A stretch of 64,000 nt of DNA from an uncultured Bacteroidales bacterium (GTDB lineage Bacteria; Bacteroidota; Bacteroidia; Bacteroidales; ML635J-15), in the NCBI GenBank assembly GCA_964615585.1, contig CAZTNS010000002.1, positions 625-64,624 on the forward strand, written 5' to 3'. Shown here piece after piece: positions 1 through 8,010 of this stretch; the first letter of the stretch is position 1; every line of letters starts with the position of its first letter. The position numbers were made by a program, and so were the translations under genes. Under the pieces are notes generated by a model. The model was not told the DNA's origin. It ran no database searches and was given only the letters and a program-made list of their open reading frames with translations.

Positions 1-1
1 T

Positions 2-568
2 GGTTACCAGAATCACAAGGATACCGGGAAGCATGTAATGTTTGTAATTCAAACCAGGGTTGTACCAGAACTTTTTTTGGATTTTTACCGGTTGCAGGTT
101 ATCGTTGCTGTCAATCAGCCCCTGCTCAATCATCAGGGCTTTGGAATAATCCGTCACAATATTCCTGGTGTAGGCATTTATCAGGCCGGCAGCTTGCTGG
201 TTTACAGCATCAATAAGCAACTGCAGTTTTACCGTAGCACCGGATTTAATGCTTTTTTCAAAGCCGTTTTCAATGCGTAGTATGGCGTGTTTTTCGCCTG
301 AAATGAGTTGATTATCAGCGCCGGGATTTTTTGCTGTGATATCAGTGACAAAAAAAGGCGAAGCCATGAATTTCTGTTCCAGCTCCCTGCTGGCCATGCT
401 GCGGTCTTCATCAACAATGAGCAATCGAATCTCTTTCATGTCAAAACTGGCAGCATAAACCAGTATCAGTGTCTGCACAAGGGGAAGCACAAAAATAAAT
501 GGCAACATCATTTTGTTGCGGAAAATCTGTCTGAACTCTTTATCCAGTAAATATCCAATCGTTCTCAT
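2..568 (-). CDS. ABC-2 type transporter permease, 5' portion (ORF continues past the left edge)
   Basis: Hand translation of the minus strand from ATG (566-568) gives MRTIGYLLDKEFRQIFRNKMMLPFIFVLPLVQTLILVYAASFDMKEIRLLIVDEDRS...YMLPGILVILVT, open to position 2. The N-terminus parallels the adjacent permease. It is absent from the ORF track because no stop lies in the window. It starts 4 nt after the stop of the upstream permease. Confidence 0.85.
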   Translation of the reverse strand, partial: MRTIGYLLDKEFRQIFRNKMMLPFIFVLPLVQTLILVYAASFDMKEIRLLIVDEDRSMASRELEQKFMASPFFVTDITAKNPGADNQLISGEKHAILRIENGFEKSIKSGATVKLQLLIDAVNQQAAGLINAYTRNIVTDYSKALMIEQGLIDSNDNLQPVKIQKKFWYNPGLNYKHYMLPGILVILVT

Positions 569-571
569 GGT

Positions 572-1678
572 TTATTCCAGTCTGAGTTTATAATTGCGTA
601 CACTTATGCTGACAAAAACAACCAGCATTCCTGTAAGTATCAGAATTTGTTGCCATATAAATGCCAATCCTGCACCTTTGAGCATGATGGATTTTATGAT
701 GTCAAGGTACCAGCGTGCCGGAATGACACAACTGATCCACTGCAATGGTTCTGGCATGTTTTCGATGGGAAAAATAAAGCCGGACAGCAACATGGTTGGC
801 AACATAAGCGCAAACATGGATATAAACATGGCACTTTGCTGCGTGTTGGTTACCGTTGAAATTAAAATGCCCAAAGCCAGCGCCGTAAGCACAAACAACA
901 CAGACACCAGCATCAACAATATTATGCTTCCGTCTATTGGCACACCAAACACAATATTTCCCACCAGGATAACTGAAACCGCGTTGGCAAACGCCAGTAT
1001 CACGTATGGCATGACTTTTCCGAGCACCACCTGTATGGGTTTGAGCGGCGATACAAGCAACACTTCCATGCTGCCGAACTCTTTTTCACGGGCAATGGAA
1101 ATGGATGACATCAGCGCTGATAACAACATCAGGATAAATGCCATGGTCCCCGGGACAAACATGAAGCCGGATTTCATCTCTTCGTTGAACATCATCCTGT
1201 TTTCGAGCTTAATGCCTCCTTGTTGTGGCATGCTTTCGTCTATGTCCGCAGCGTAATCCAGTATAATAGCCTCAGTGTATTGTCCTGTCAATTGCGAATA
1301 ATTCGGATCGGTGGCATCCAGTAAAAGCTGTACAGCAGGCTGATCGCCTTTCTGCAAATCTGTTGACAACCCGTTTGGAAACACAATCACTTCACGCACC
1401 TTTGCTTTCTTAAAAGCATCATGGATTTGTCCGGATGATTGCAGTTCCTCCACAATGTTAAAATACCCCGACGCTTCAATTTTACTGCGCAGTTCATAAG
1501 ATGCTGCATCATGGGCATGGTCGAGGATGGCAATGTCCACATCCTTCACTTCATTTTTGATGACGTAACCAAATATCAGGATTTGCACCACCGGCATACC
1601 AAAGAGAATCATCAGGGTGCGCATGTCCCTGAAAATATGTAAATATTCTTTTTTTAGTAATGCCAGAAATCGTTTCAT
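572..1678 (-). CDS. ABC-2 type transporter permease (YbhS/YbhR-like)
   Basis: 368 aa. It has an N-terminal KKEYLHIFRD motif, a large extracytoplasmic loop, then a cluster of hydrophobic helices typical of ABC-2 permeases. Operon context includes two ABC ATPases, HlyD, TolC and TetR. Confidence 0.85.
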   Translation of the reverse strand: MKRFLALLKKEYLHIFRDMRTLMILFGMPVVQILIFGYVIKNEVKDVDIAILDHAHDAASYELRSKIEASGYFNIVEELQSSGQIHDAFKKAKVREVIVFPNGLSTDLQKGDQPAVQLLLDATDPNYSQLTGQYTEAIILDYAADIDESMPQQGGIKLENRMMFNEEMKSGFMFVPGTMAFILMLLSALMSSISIAREKEFGSMEVLLVSPLKPIQVVLGKVMPYVILAFANAVSVILVGNIVFGVPIDGSIILLMLVSVLFVLTALALGILISTVTNTQQSAMFISMFALMLPTMLLSGFIFPIENMPEPLQWISCVIPARWYLDIIKSIMLKGAGLAFIWQQILILTGMLVVFVSISVRNYKLRLE

Positions 1679-1690
1679 ATGTATAAATTA

Positions 1691-1856
1691 GTCGGGAGTC
1701 TGAAGTCCGAAGTCGGGAGTTGGGAGTCCGAAGTTAAGAGGTGTTCTTCCGGCTTCCGTCTCCGGACTTCCGACTTTGCTAAAGCTCCATCGGACAAGTT
1801 TTGAATGTTGAGTTTTGTCATTTGTTATCTATTTGTGTTTTGTGTTTTGTGTATTG
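1691..1856. repeat. ORF-less intergenic hairpin cassette built from phased heptamers
   Basis: 1691-1734 reads GTCGGGA GTCTGAA GTCCGAA GTCGGGA GTTGGGA GTCCGAA GT (7-nt period). 1746-1774 (CTTCCGG CTTCCGT CTCCGGA CTTCCGA C) is its imperfect reverse complement. This is followed by the core GCTAAAGCTCCATCGGACAAGTTTTGA (1778-1804) and a T/G-rich heptamer tract (1813-1856). Confidence 0.8.
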
Positions 1857-2612
1857 TTATTTGTTATTTTTCACAAACGACCGTTTTCCGCGGGCAATTT
1901 TCACAAATACCTCTTCCATGTTGTCTTCACCGTATTCATGTTTCATGTGTTCCGGGGAATCCAATGCCACGATTTTTCCACTGACAAGGATAGCCACCCT
2001 GTCGCAATATTCAGCTTCATCCATATAGTGCGTTGTCACAAACACCGTAATTCCCTGATGCGCTGCCTCATAAATCATATCCCAAAACTGCCGCCTTGTG
2101 ATGGGGTCCACACCACTTGAGGGCTCATCAAGGAAAACAATGTCCGGGTTGTGGACTATGGCAACCGAAAAGGCGATTTTTTGTTTCCATCCCAACGGCA
2201 GCGAGCCGACAAGCATATTGGCTTTATCCTCAATACCCAGCTGTGACAACAAAACTTTGCTTCGCTTTTTGATTTCCTTCCGGGATAAACCATATATGCC
2301 ACCGTATAATCTGATGTTTTCCACGATGCTCAAATCTTCATACAGCGAAAATTTCTGGCTCATGTAACCGATGTTCCGTTTGATGGCATCGCTTTGTTTA
2401 TAGACATCAAATCCGGCAACGGAAATATCACCTGATGTGGGTTTCAATAAACCGGTAAGGATTTTTATAGCGGTGGTTTTACCGGCTCCGTTGGCTCCGA
2501 GAAAACCAAAAATATCGCCTTTGTACACATCAAAACTCAAGGCATCGTTGGCTGTAAAGCTGCCGAATTTCTTAACCAGGTTATGTACCCGTATCACTTT
2601 ATCGGTCTTCAT
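1857..2612 (-). CDS. ABC transporter ATP-binding protein (second NBD)
   Basis: 251 aa. Walker A is GANGAGKTT, the Walker B region is IVFLDEPSSGVD, and an H-loop (TTHYMDEAE) is present. It overlaps the upstream ATPase gene by 14 nt. Confidence 0.9.
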   Translation of the reverse strand: MKTDKVIRVHNLVKKFGSFTANDALSFDVYKGDIFGFLGANGAGKTTAIKILTGLLKPTSGDISVAGFDVYKQSDAIKRNIGYMSQKFSLYEDLSIVENIRLYGGIYGLSRKEIKKRSKVLLSQLGIEDKANMLVGSLPLGWKQKIAFSVAIVHNPDIVFLDEPSSGVDPITRRQFWDMIYEAAHQGITVFVTTHYMDEAEYCDRVAILVSGKIVALDSPEHMKHEYGEDNMEEVFVKIARGKRSFVKNNK

Positions 2613-3531
2613 CCTGCTCCTTGTTTTGTTTTGACATCAGTTCGATAAACACATCTTCAATGCCCGGTTTAATGGCTTTGCACGTCATGTTTTCAAAACC
2701 TTGTTGCCGGCATTCCGATTCAATGTCTTTGGCTGAGACACCGGCTGAAGGTATCACATGAAGCGTTTGCCCGAACAAACTAACCGATTCCACACTGCCG
2801 GAACGCTTCAGGCATACTTTCAGATGATACATATCATCAGCCTGTATGGCATACAATTTTTTGGGGAAACGCTGTGGGATATTGCCAGGACTGTCCACCG
2901 CCATGATTTGTCCTTTTTGCATCAAAGCAACACGGTCACACCGCATGGCTTCGTCCATATACGGTGTGGATACAAAGATGGTAATACCCTGCGCTTTCAA
3001 CTTATCCAGCATGTTCCAGAACTCCACACGGGATACTGCATCCACGCCGGTGGTGGGTTCATCCAAAAAAAGGAATTCCGGCTTGTGGATCAGCGCACAT
3101 GATAAAGCCAGCTTTTGTTTCATCCCGCCGCTGAGCTTGCCTGCACGACGCTTTTTAAACGGCTCAATCTGATGGTAAATATCTTTGACCAAATCATAAT
3201 TTTCCTCTATGCTGCTCCCAAATACAGAAGCGAAAAAATTCAGATTTTCTTCAACGCTCAAATCCTGATACAATGAAAATTTCCCGGGCATATATCCAAT
3301 CATACGGCGCAGTTGTTTGTAATCATCCACCACATCCAAATCGCCAAGCGTAATGCTTCCCGCATCGGGTAACAGCAAGGTTGACATCAACCGGATCAGC
3401 GTGGATTTCCCGGCACCATCAGGGCCGATGAGCCCGAACAATTCGCCATGCTGTATCTGTAAAGACACATCCCTCACCGCCCGGATTTTCCCAAAGGACT
3501 TACTGACATTATGTATCCGGATATCTGACAT
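2599..3531 (-). CDS. ABC transporter ATP-binding protein (first NBD)
   Basis: Walker A is GPDGAGKST, the signature is LSGGMKQKLAL, and Walker B is FLFLDEPTTGVD. I place the start at MSDIRIHNVSKSFGK (ATG 3529-3531). The track's longer 3630 start would overlap the HNH gene by 100 nt with non-homologous sequence. Confidence 0.85.
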   Translation of the reverse strand: MSDIRIHNVSKSFGKIRAVRDVSLQIQHGELFGLIGPDGAGKSTLIRLMSTLLLPDAGSITLGDLDVVDDYKQLRRMIGYMPGKFSLYQDLSVEENLNFFASVFGSSIEENYDLVKDIYHQIEPFKKRRAGKLSGGMKQKLALSCALIHKPEFLFLDEPTTGVDAVSRVEFWNMLDKLKAQGITIFVSTPYMDEAMRCDRVALMQKGQIMAVDSPGNIPQRFPKKLYAIQADDMYHLKVCLKRSGSVESVSLFGQTLHVIPSAGVSAKDIESECRQQGFENMTCKAIKPGIEDVFIELMSKQNKEQDEDR

Positions 3532-3872
3532 TACAGGCGTTTTTTTCGTTTGGCAAACAGGCGTTTTTGCTTCAGGCGTTCCGATGTACGGTTTTTGTCC
3601 ACATAGTCCGGTGGTTGTTTCCGCACCCATTTGATGAATTTTTCCAGTTCCGGATGGGATTTTAACGCATCAAAATTATTGTAGGTTTGTGCCAGTTCTC
3701 GTTCTGTGAACAGGGTGTGTACTTTGTTGTGACAGATGTGGTGCATAAACACTTTTTCGTTTCCGCCCATGCTTTTTGGTACCACGTGATGTTCACTGAC
3801 GGATTTACCGCAAGTCATTTCGCGTCCACAAAGCGGACAGTTGCCGAGATATTCGCCTTTTTTGCAGTTCAT
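3531..3872 (-). CDS. small HNH-type endonuclease domain protein
   Basis: Motifs are CPLCGREM...SEHHVVPKSMGG...HHICHNKVH (Cys pair plus HH...H-x3-H) and a basic C-terminal tail. The start is placed at MNCKKGEY (ATG 3870-3872). The track's upstream extension (to 3929) runs into the repeat cassette. Its stop TAA overlaps the ATPase ATG (TAATG). Confidence 0.7.
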   Translation of the reverse strand: MNCKKGEYLGNCPLCGREMTCGKSVSEHHVVPKSMGGNEKVFMHHICHNKVHTLFTERELAQTYNNFDALKSHPELEKFIKWVRKQPPDYVDKNRTSERLKQKRLFAKRKKRL

Positions 3873-3900
3873 AACGCATCTATTGATGAAATTCCAAATT

Positions 3901-4074
3901 TCAAATGACAAATAACAAATAAATTCCAATACTCAATTTTTGAAATTCCAAACTTGTCCGGTGAAGACAGATAAGGTTTGCTACAGTTTGTTTTGGTCAT
4001 TGTGATTTGTTTGTGTTTTGTATTTTGTCATTTGGTGCTTATTTGTGTTTTGAAATTTGATCATTGTCATTTAT
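3901..4074. repeat. intergenic hairpin cassette (ACAAA-rich arm / core / TTTGT-rich heptamer arm)
   Basis: The left arm is CAAATGACAAATAACAAATAAA (about 3902-3924). The core is AAACTTGTCCGGTGAAG (about 3950-3966). The right arm, about 3987-4074, is a 7-nt phased T/G tract containing TTTGTCATTTG, complementary to the left arm. It fills the whole HlyD-HNH gap. Confidence 0.75.
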
Positions 4075-4974
4075 TTAAAACATCACCTCTCCCGGCATCC
4101 CGATTTTGATGCGACCGTCATTTTTTACTTTTACTTCCATGGCATAAACCATATCCACACGTTCTTCTTTTGTTTGGATAACCGTTGGTGTAAATTCTGC
4201 TTCTGATGATACGCGGGACACGCGCCCGGGGTACTCGTAATATCCGCCATCCCTTTTGTCAATGCGAACGGTCACTTCCTCCCCGGTTTTCACTTCGGAA
4301 AGCTGATTGCCCGATATCCATGCTCTGAGTGTCATCTCATTCATGTCGGCCAGTTTTACCAAAGGCTTGCCGGGCATTACCAATTCATGCTGTTCAACAA
4401 ATTTTTCCAACACCGTAGCATCCATAGGGGACAACACGACAGCCCGTTCGATTCTATCACGCAGGCGGTTAATTCCGGCATCCAGCACATCCAGTTCGGC
4501 AAACAGGGATTTGTTTTGGGTTTTTATCTGCTCAATGTTTTTTTCGGTCATGCGGATTTGCCCCTGTATATCGTCCAACTGTTTTTCTGTAGCAGCCTTC
4601 TGCTTCAGCATGTTTTTGATGCGGGATTCATCTTTTCTCAGGGTGGCAAGCTTTTCTTCCTGCACCTCTACCTGGGCTGTTACAGACGGGAATTTTGCTT
4701 TTACGGCCTGTTTTTGCATTTCCAGTTTGCGGATTTGCAGGTAAAAATCTGTAGTGTCAATCACCGCAATGGTATCAGACCGATGTATTTCATCCCCTTC
4801 CTCCACTTTACACAGAATGCATTCGCCCTGTGTTTGCGATGAAATCACCACATCCCCTGATTCAAAATTGCCGTAAGCATCCGGCTCATCCGTTTTGTTG
4901 TTACAACCTGCCAGCAACAACAGCCCTGCCATTGCAATTACGCTGTATCTTTTCATGTTATTGTTCTGTTTCAT
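4075..4974 (-). CDS. HlyD-family periplasmic adaptor (membrane fusion protein, YbhG-like)
   Basis: 299 aa. It has a lipoprotein-like signal (LLLLAGCNNK), a long coiled-coil segment and beta-barrel ends typical of MFPs. It lies between TolC-like and ABC genes. Confidence 0.85.
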   Translation of the reverse strand: MKQNNNMKRYSVIAMAGLLLLAGCNNKTDEPDAYGNFESGDVVISSQTQGECILCKVEEGDEIHRSDTIAVIDTTDFYLQIRKLEMQKQAVKAKFPSVTAQVEVQEEKLATLRKDESRIKNMLKQKAATEKQLDDIQGQIRMTEKNIEQIKTQNKSLFAELDVLDAGINRLRDRIERAVVLSPMDATVLEKFVEQHELVMPGKPLVKLADMNEMTLRAWISGNQLSEVKTGEEVTVRIDKRDGGYYEYPGRVSRVSSEAEFTPTVIQTKEERVDMVYAMEVKVKNDGRIKIGMPGEVMF

Positions 4975-6256
4975 TTGTATCCATGTGTTTTCCGGTTACC
5001 GTTAAATATTGTATGATGGCTTTTGATTTTTTGATGCGATGGATTTCCAGTTTTATCCTGGCAGTTGCTTCCTGATTGACAGCTTCCAGGTAATCCGAGG
5101 CTGTAATGCTTCCCTCTACAAACTGCGATTCTTTTGCCCGGAGGATATCGCCCCTGAGTTCTATGATGGCTTCATCCTGGTTTATCATTTCGTCATACAC
5201 GCGGGCATCTTTGAGAAAAGATTCTGCTTCTGTATTTACTGCCTGTCTGAATGCATCTTTTCTGTTGTCAATTTGCTGTTTGGTCAAATCCAAAATCTGT
5301 TGCTCATGCTGAATTTTATTCCATTGCCATGGCGACCATGAAAATTTCACACCGACAATGGCAAAAGGTTCAAAATCATCGCTGAGCATATTCAACCCCG
5401 GGCGGCCGTATCCGGCTTGTCCGAAAGCAGCAAATTGCGGATAGCGCTCCCTGATGAGCATTTCTTTGCGCAATTCCATCTGTTTCTTTTGCAACACCAT
5501 GGCATCCAGTTCCGGCCTTCCAATGCCTTTCTGCAAACTTAAGTCACGGGCAGGTAACAGGAACTGAGCCAGTTCGGGGATTTTTTCTCCTGTAAGCAAT
5601 TCGAGCATTAAGACAGCCGTTTTCCTGGATTCTTCAGCTTCAAAAACCTGTTGTTCTATGCCCAGTTTTGTTGCTTCAAGCTCTTTGATGCCGGACGGGA
5701 GCATCATTTCATTGTCCATTGCCGCCTGTAATTCTTTCAGCTTATCCTCGATGCCGGCTTTTTTGATTTTCAGGATGCTGATTTGTTCCTGCAGCATCAA
5801 CACAGAATAATACAGTTCATTGACCTGTTTTCTGTGTGCATACAGATCAACTTTGATGTCTTGTGCCTTTATGCGTCCGGCAACTTCTTCAATTTCCCGG
5901 GCCACCGAAGTAGCCCCTCCATCCCAGATCACCTGCGACAATTCCGCATACACTTTGTACTGGTCTTTTGAAATGTCAGGCGTTTCAAAATTGAACATGG
6001 GGTTGTCTATTTCCAGCTTGGTCACATCCGATTGCCAGGTTGCCTGTCCTCCTATGTTCAATTGCGGCAGGTAATTGGTGTTAAGTGATTTCATTTTTAT
6101 GGATACGGCTTCTGATATCAGCGCCGGGTTTTTCATGGTGGGGTAATTTTTTTCCAGCCGCTTATAACACGTATCTATGGTAATGATATCCTGCGCTGCA
6201 ACTGAAGCAGCAAACCACATTAACCATATTATTACTGCAATTCGTTTCATAATCAA
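4958..6256 (-). CDS. TolC-family outer membrane efflux protein
   Basis: 432 aa with a signal peptide. It shows duplicated coiled-coil/beta architecture with typical TolC-like heptad-rich sequence. It overlaps the HlyD start by 17 nt. Confidence 0.85.
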   Translation of the reverse strand: MIMKRIAVIIWLMWFAASVAAQDIITIDTCYKRLEKNYPTMKNPALISEAVSIKMKSLNTNYLPQLNIGGQATWQSDVTKLEIDNPMFNFETPDISKDQYKVYAELSQVIWDGGATSVAREIEEVAGRIKAQDIKVDLYAHRKQVNELYYSVLMLQEQISILKIKKAGIEDKLKELQAAMDNEMMLPSGIKELEATKLGIEQQVFEAEESRKTAVLMLELLTGEKIPELAQFLLPARDLSLQKGIGRPELDAMVLQKKQMELRKEMLIRERYPQFAAFGQAGYGRPGLNMLSDDFEPFAIVGVKFSWSPWQWNKIQHEQQILDLTKQQIDNRKDAFRQAVNTEAESFLKDARVYDEMINQDEAIIELRGDILRAKESQFVEGSITASDYLEAVNQEATARIKLEIHRIKKSKAIIQYLTVTGKHMDTNETEQ

Positions 6257-6260
6257 GTCT

Positions 6261-6899
6261 TTATGCTTTTATGGCATTAATAACAAAATCTGCCAGGTGT
6301 TCTTTCCGGTAACTTATGATATCTTGAAAATTATCCTCATCCAGGCTGTAAAACCCTTTTAACAGTGGCTTTGCAGCAAAAGGAAAAACACTTAAACTCA
6401 GTATATTCAGAAACAAATCATCCGGGTTAACATCCCTGCGAATGATTCCCATATGCTGTTCATTGTTCACATTACTGTAAAAATTTTTTCTCACCACCTG
6501 GATGCGTTCCACCGGATACAAATCAATAAGTAGTTCAGGTGCCCTTTGTATCTCATTGAGCATAAAGAGGGGCAATAATTTATTCTGCATCAGAATTTCC
6601 TGGTGTTTTTTGAAAAAACGGCGGATGCTCTCAAAAACGGTCAGGTTATCTTCAAAAATTTGAATCAAGCCTTCTATCATTTCAATTAAAACACGTTCAA
6701 ACACGGCGTTGAAAAGTTTCTCTTTTGAACGATAATAGTAATGCAACAAGGCTTTATTCAGGCCGGCTTTGTCAGCAATTTCCTGCATACGTGCCCCATC
6801 AAAACCACGTTCCATAAAAACTTCCGAAGCAGCCTTTAAAATAACGGTTTCCGTTGATTGGGGCGTATTTGATTCGTTATTATTGTTGGTTCTGATCAT
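6261..6899 (-). CDS. TetR/AcrR family transcriptional regulator
   Basis: An N-terminal HTH is present (ILKAASEVFMERGFDGARMQEIADKAGLNKALLHYYYRSKEKLF). It is the first gene of the exporter operon, as in E. coli cecR-ybhGFSR. Confidence 0.9.
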   Translation of the reverse strand: MIRTNNNNESNTPQSTETVILKAASEVFMERGFDGARMQEIADKAGLNKALLHYYYRSKEKLFNAVFERVLIEMIEGLIQIFEDNLTVFESIRRFFKKHQEILMQNKLLPLFMLNEIQRAPELLIDLYPVERIQVVRKNFYSNVNNEQHMGIIRRDVNPDDLFLNILSLSVFPFAAKPLLKGFYSLDEDNFQDIISYRKEHLADFVINAIKA

Positions 6900-6937
6900 A
6901 TTAAATAGTTATTAAGTTTTGTTCTATTCTCAAATTT

Positions 6938-6969
6938 GATAGGATGGCATGATAGCGAGATGGGATAAG
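6938..6969. repeat. left arm of 8-mer-phased inverted repeat flanking the four-helix-bundle ORF
   Basis: The sequence is GATAGGAT GGCATGAT AGCGAGAT GGGATAAG (8-nt period). It resembles the minus-strand reading of the 7388-7478 tract, so the two arms are inverted. Confidence 0.7.
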
Positions 6970-6983
6970 ATTAAAAGGGTTTT

Positions 6984-7358
6984 TCACAATTTCCATTGCT
7001 CCGGTTCTGTGTACATGTTGATTAACATGGCAATGATATGTTCGTATTTTTCATAGAGTGACTTATGTTCAGCCAAATCAATGTAATTACATGCCAAGGC
7101 GTAATCAAGCCAAACTTGTGTTTCTGCTGCTTCACCTTCCGCATCATTTAGTTTTGCAACAAAAGATTTCGGATAACGTCTCTTTCTCCAAGCCTCGCCA
7201 ATCATTCCAGATACGTCGCGTGAAGAGCGCCTTGCCTGATCGGTAAGTGAGTATTTTTCTTCTTTAGGAAATTTCTTGCTGAGTTCAAAAACTTCCATGC
7301 CTGCTTCAAATGAAAGCTGATAAACCTTTAAATCTTTGTGTGTTCTGATTTTTTCCAT
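6984..7358 (-). CDS. four-helix-bundle protein (23S rRNA intervening-sequence protein / Avd-like family)
   Basis: 124 aa. The N-terminus is family-typical (DLKVYQLSFEAGMEVFELSKKFPKEEKYSLTDQARRSSRDV...AEGEAAETQVWLDYA). Confidence 0.85.
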   Translation of the reverse strand: MEKIRTHKDLKVYQLSFEAGMEVFELSKKFPKEEKYSLTDQARRSSRDVSGMIGEAWRKRRYPKSFVAKLNDAEGEAAETQVWLDYALACNYIDLAEHKSLYEKYEHIIAMLINMYTEPEQWKL

Positions 7359-7387
7359 ATCTAATGTTATTTATTTGTTTATTTACT

Positions 7388-7478
7388 TCTTATTCTATCC
7401 TTACATCTTCCGTTCGTACCATCGTGCTATCGTTCCATCGTGCCATCGTGCATTCGTTCCATCGTGCTATCGTTCCAT
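7388..7478. repeat. right arm: tandem phased 8-mers
   Basis: Read on the minus strand it is GATGGAAC GATAGCAC GATGGAAC GAATGCAC GATGGCAC GATGGAAC GATAGCAC GATGGTAC GAACGGAA GATG..., a strict 8-nt period over 9 or more units. Confidence 0.85.
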
Positions 7479-7644
7479 CATCAATCCTTTTTCAGTTATT
7501 ATCCTTACGGTTTAACTTTTTTATTTAACCAGATGGGCAAATTAAATTGATTTTTTGTTAATAACAAAATTTTTTTTTGATTAAATATTGTTGTTATTTT
7601 AATGTTTTGTTAAAATATTTGATGGGATTTTACTTATTTTTGTA

Positions 7645-8001
7645 ATGATGTCTGGAACACACAACATGTTATTCGTTATTGGCTTGCTGTTTCTGCTGTT
7701 ACTCAGCACCAACACAGAAGCTCAAAAAGTTTATAGCTGCGAGTACCGCAGCGATGCGGATGTTAATGTGTTTGTGGTTGATTACCGCAGTGATGCAGAC
7801 CTTATTGTTTACAAATGTGATTACCGCAGTGATGCAAAGGACAATGAAGGATTATGGTATTTTTGTGAATACCGCAGTGATGCAGACAAAAAAATATTTT
7901 TTGTGGATTACAGAAGCGATGCAGATCTAAAAATCTTTTTTACAGAGTACAGAAGTGACGCCGGATGGCGGAATAATGAAAAAACACATTTAATGTACTA
8001 A
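7645..8001 (+). CDS. small secreted six-repeat protein ([DE]YRSDA[DKG] core)
   Basis: 118 aa. A signal peptide (...LLLSTNTEAQ) is followed by six units of beta-like hydrophobic strand plus EYRSDAD/DYRSDAD. The true start may be the internal MLFVIG Met (7666), because a TAnnTTTG box (TATTTTTG, about 7635-7642) sits right before 7645. Confidence 0.7.
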   Translation: MMSGTHNMLFVIGLLFLLLLSTNTEAQKVYSCEYRSDADVNVFVVDYRSDADLIVYKCDYRSDAKDNEGLWYFCEYRSDADKKIFFVDYRSDADLKIFFTEYRSDAGWRNNEKTHLMY

Positions 8002-8010
8002 TAAAAATTA

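Noticed and set aside
594-1256. A 220-aa plus-strand ORF, with similar long antisense ORFs at 43085-43663, 58222-58815, 48283-48804 and 45851-46345.
   Set aside because: These are shadow ORFs antisense to well-supported genes (permease, secA, htrA, coaBC, recN). Their composition is low-complexity or biased and no family resemblance was seen.
3531-3630. The track's longer start for the first ATPase (MGAETTTGLCGQK...), overlapping the HNH gene by 100 nt.
   Set aside because: The extension has no NBD homology. The homologous N-terminus begins at MSDIRIHNVSKSFGK, whose ATG overlaps the HNH stop.
2599-3929. An HNH ORF immediately followed by an ATPase gene resembles two-gene ATPase+HNH defence systems (Septu-like).
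   Set aside because: The ATPase is a canonical transporter NBD (LSGGMKQK signature, second NBD and two ABC-2 permeases downstream). The gene order and sizes do not fit PtuA/PtuB.
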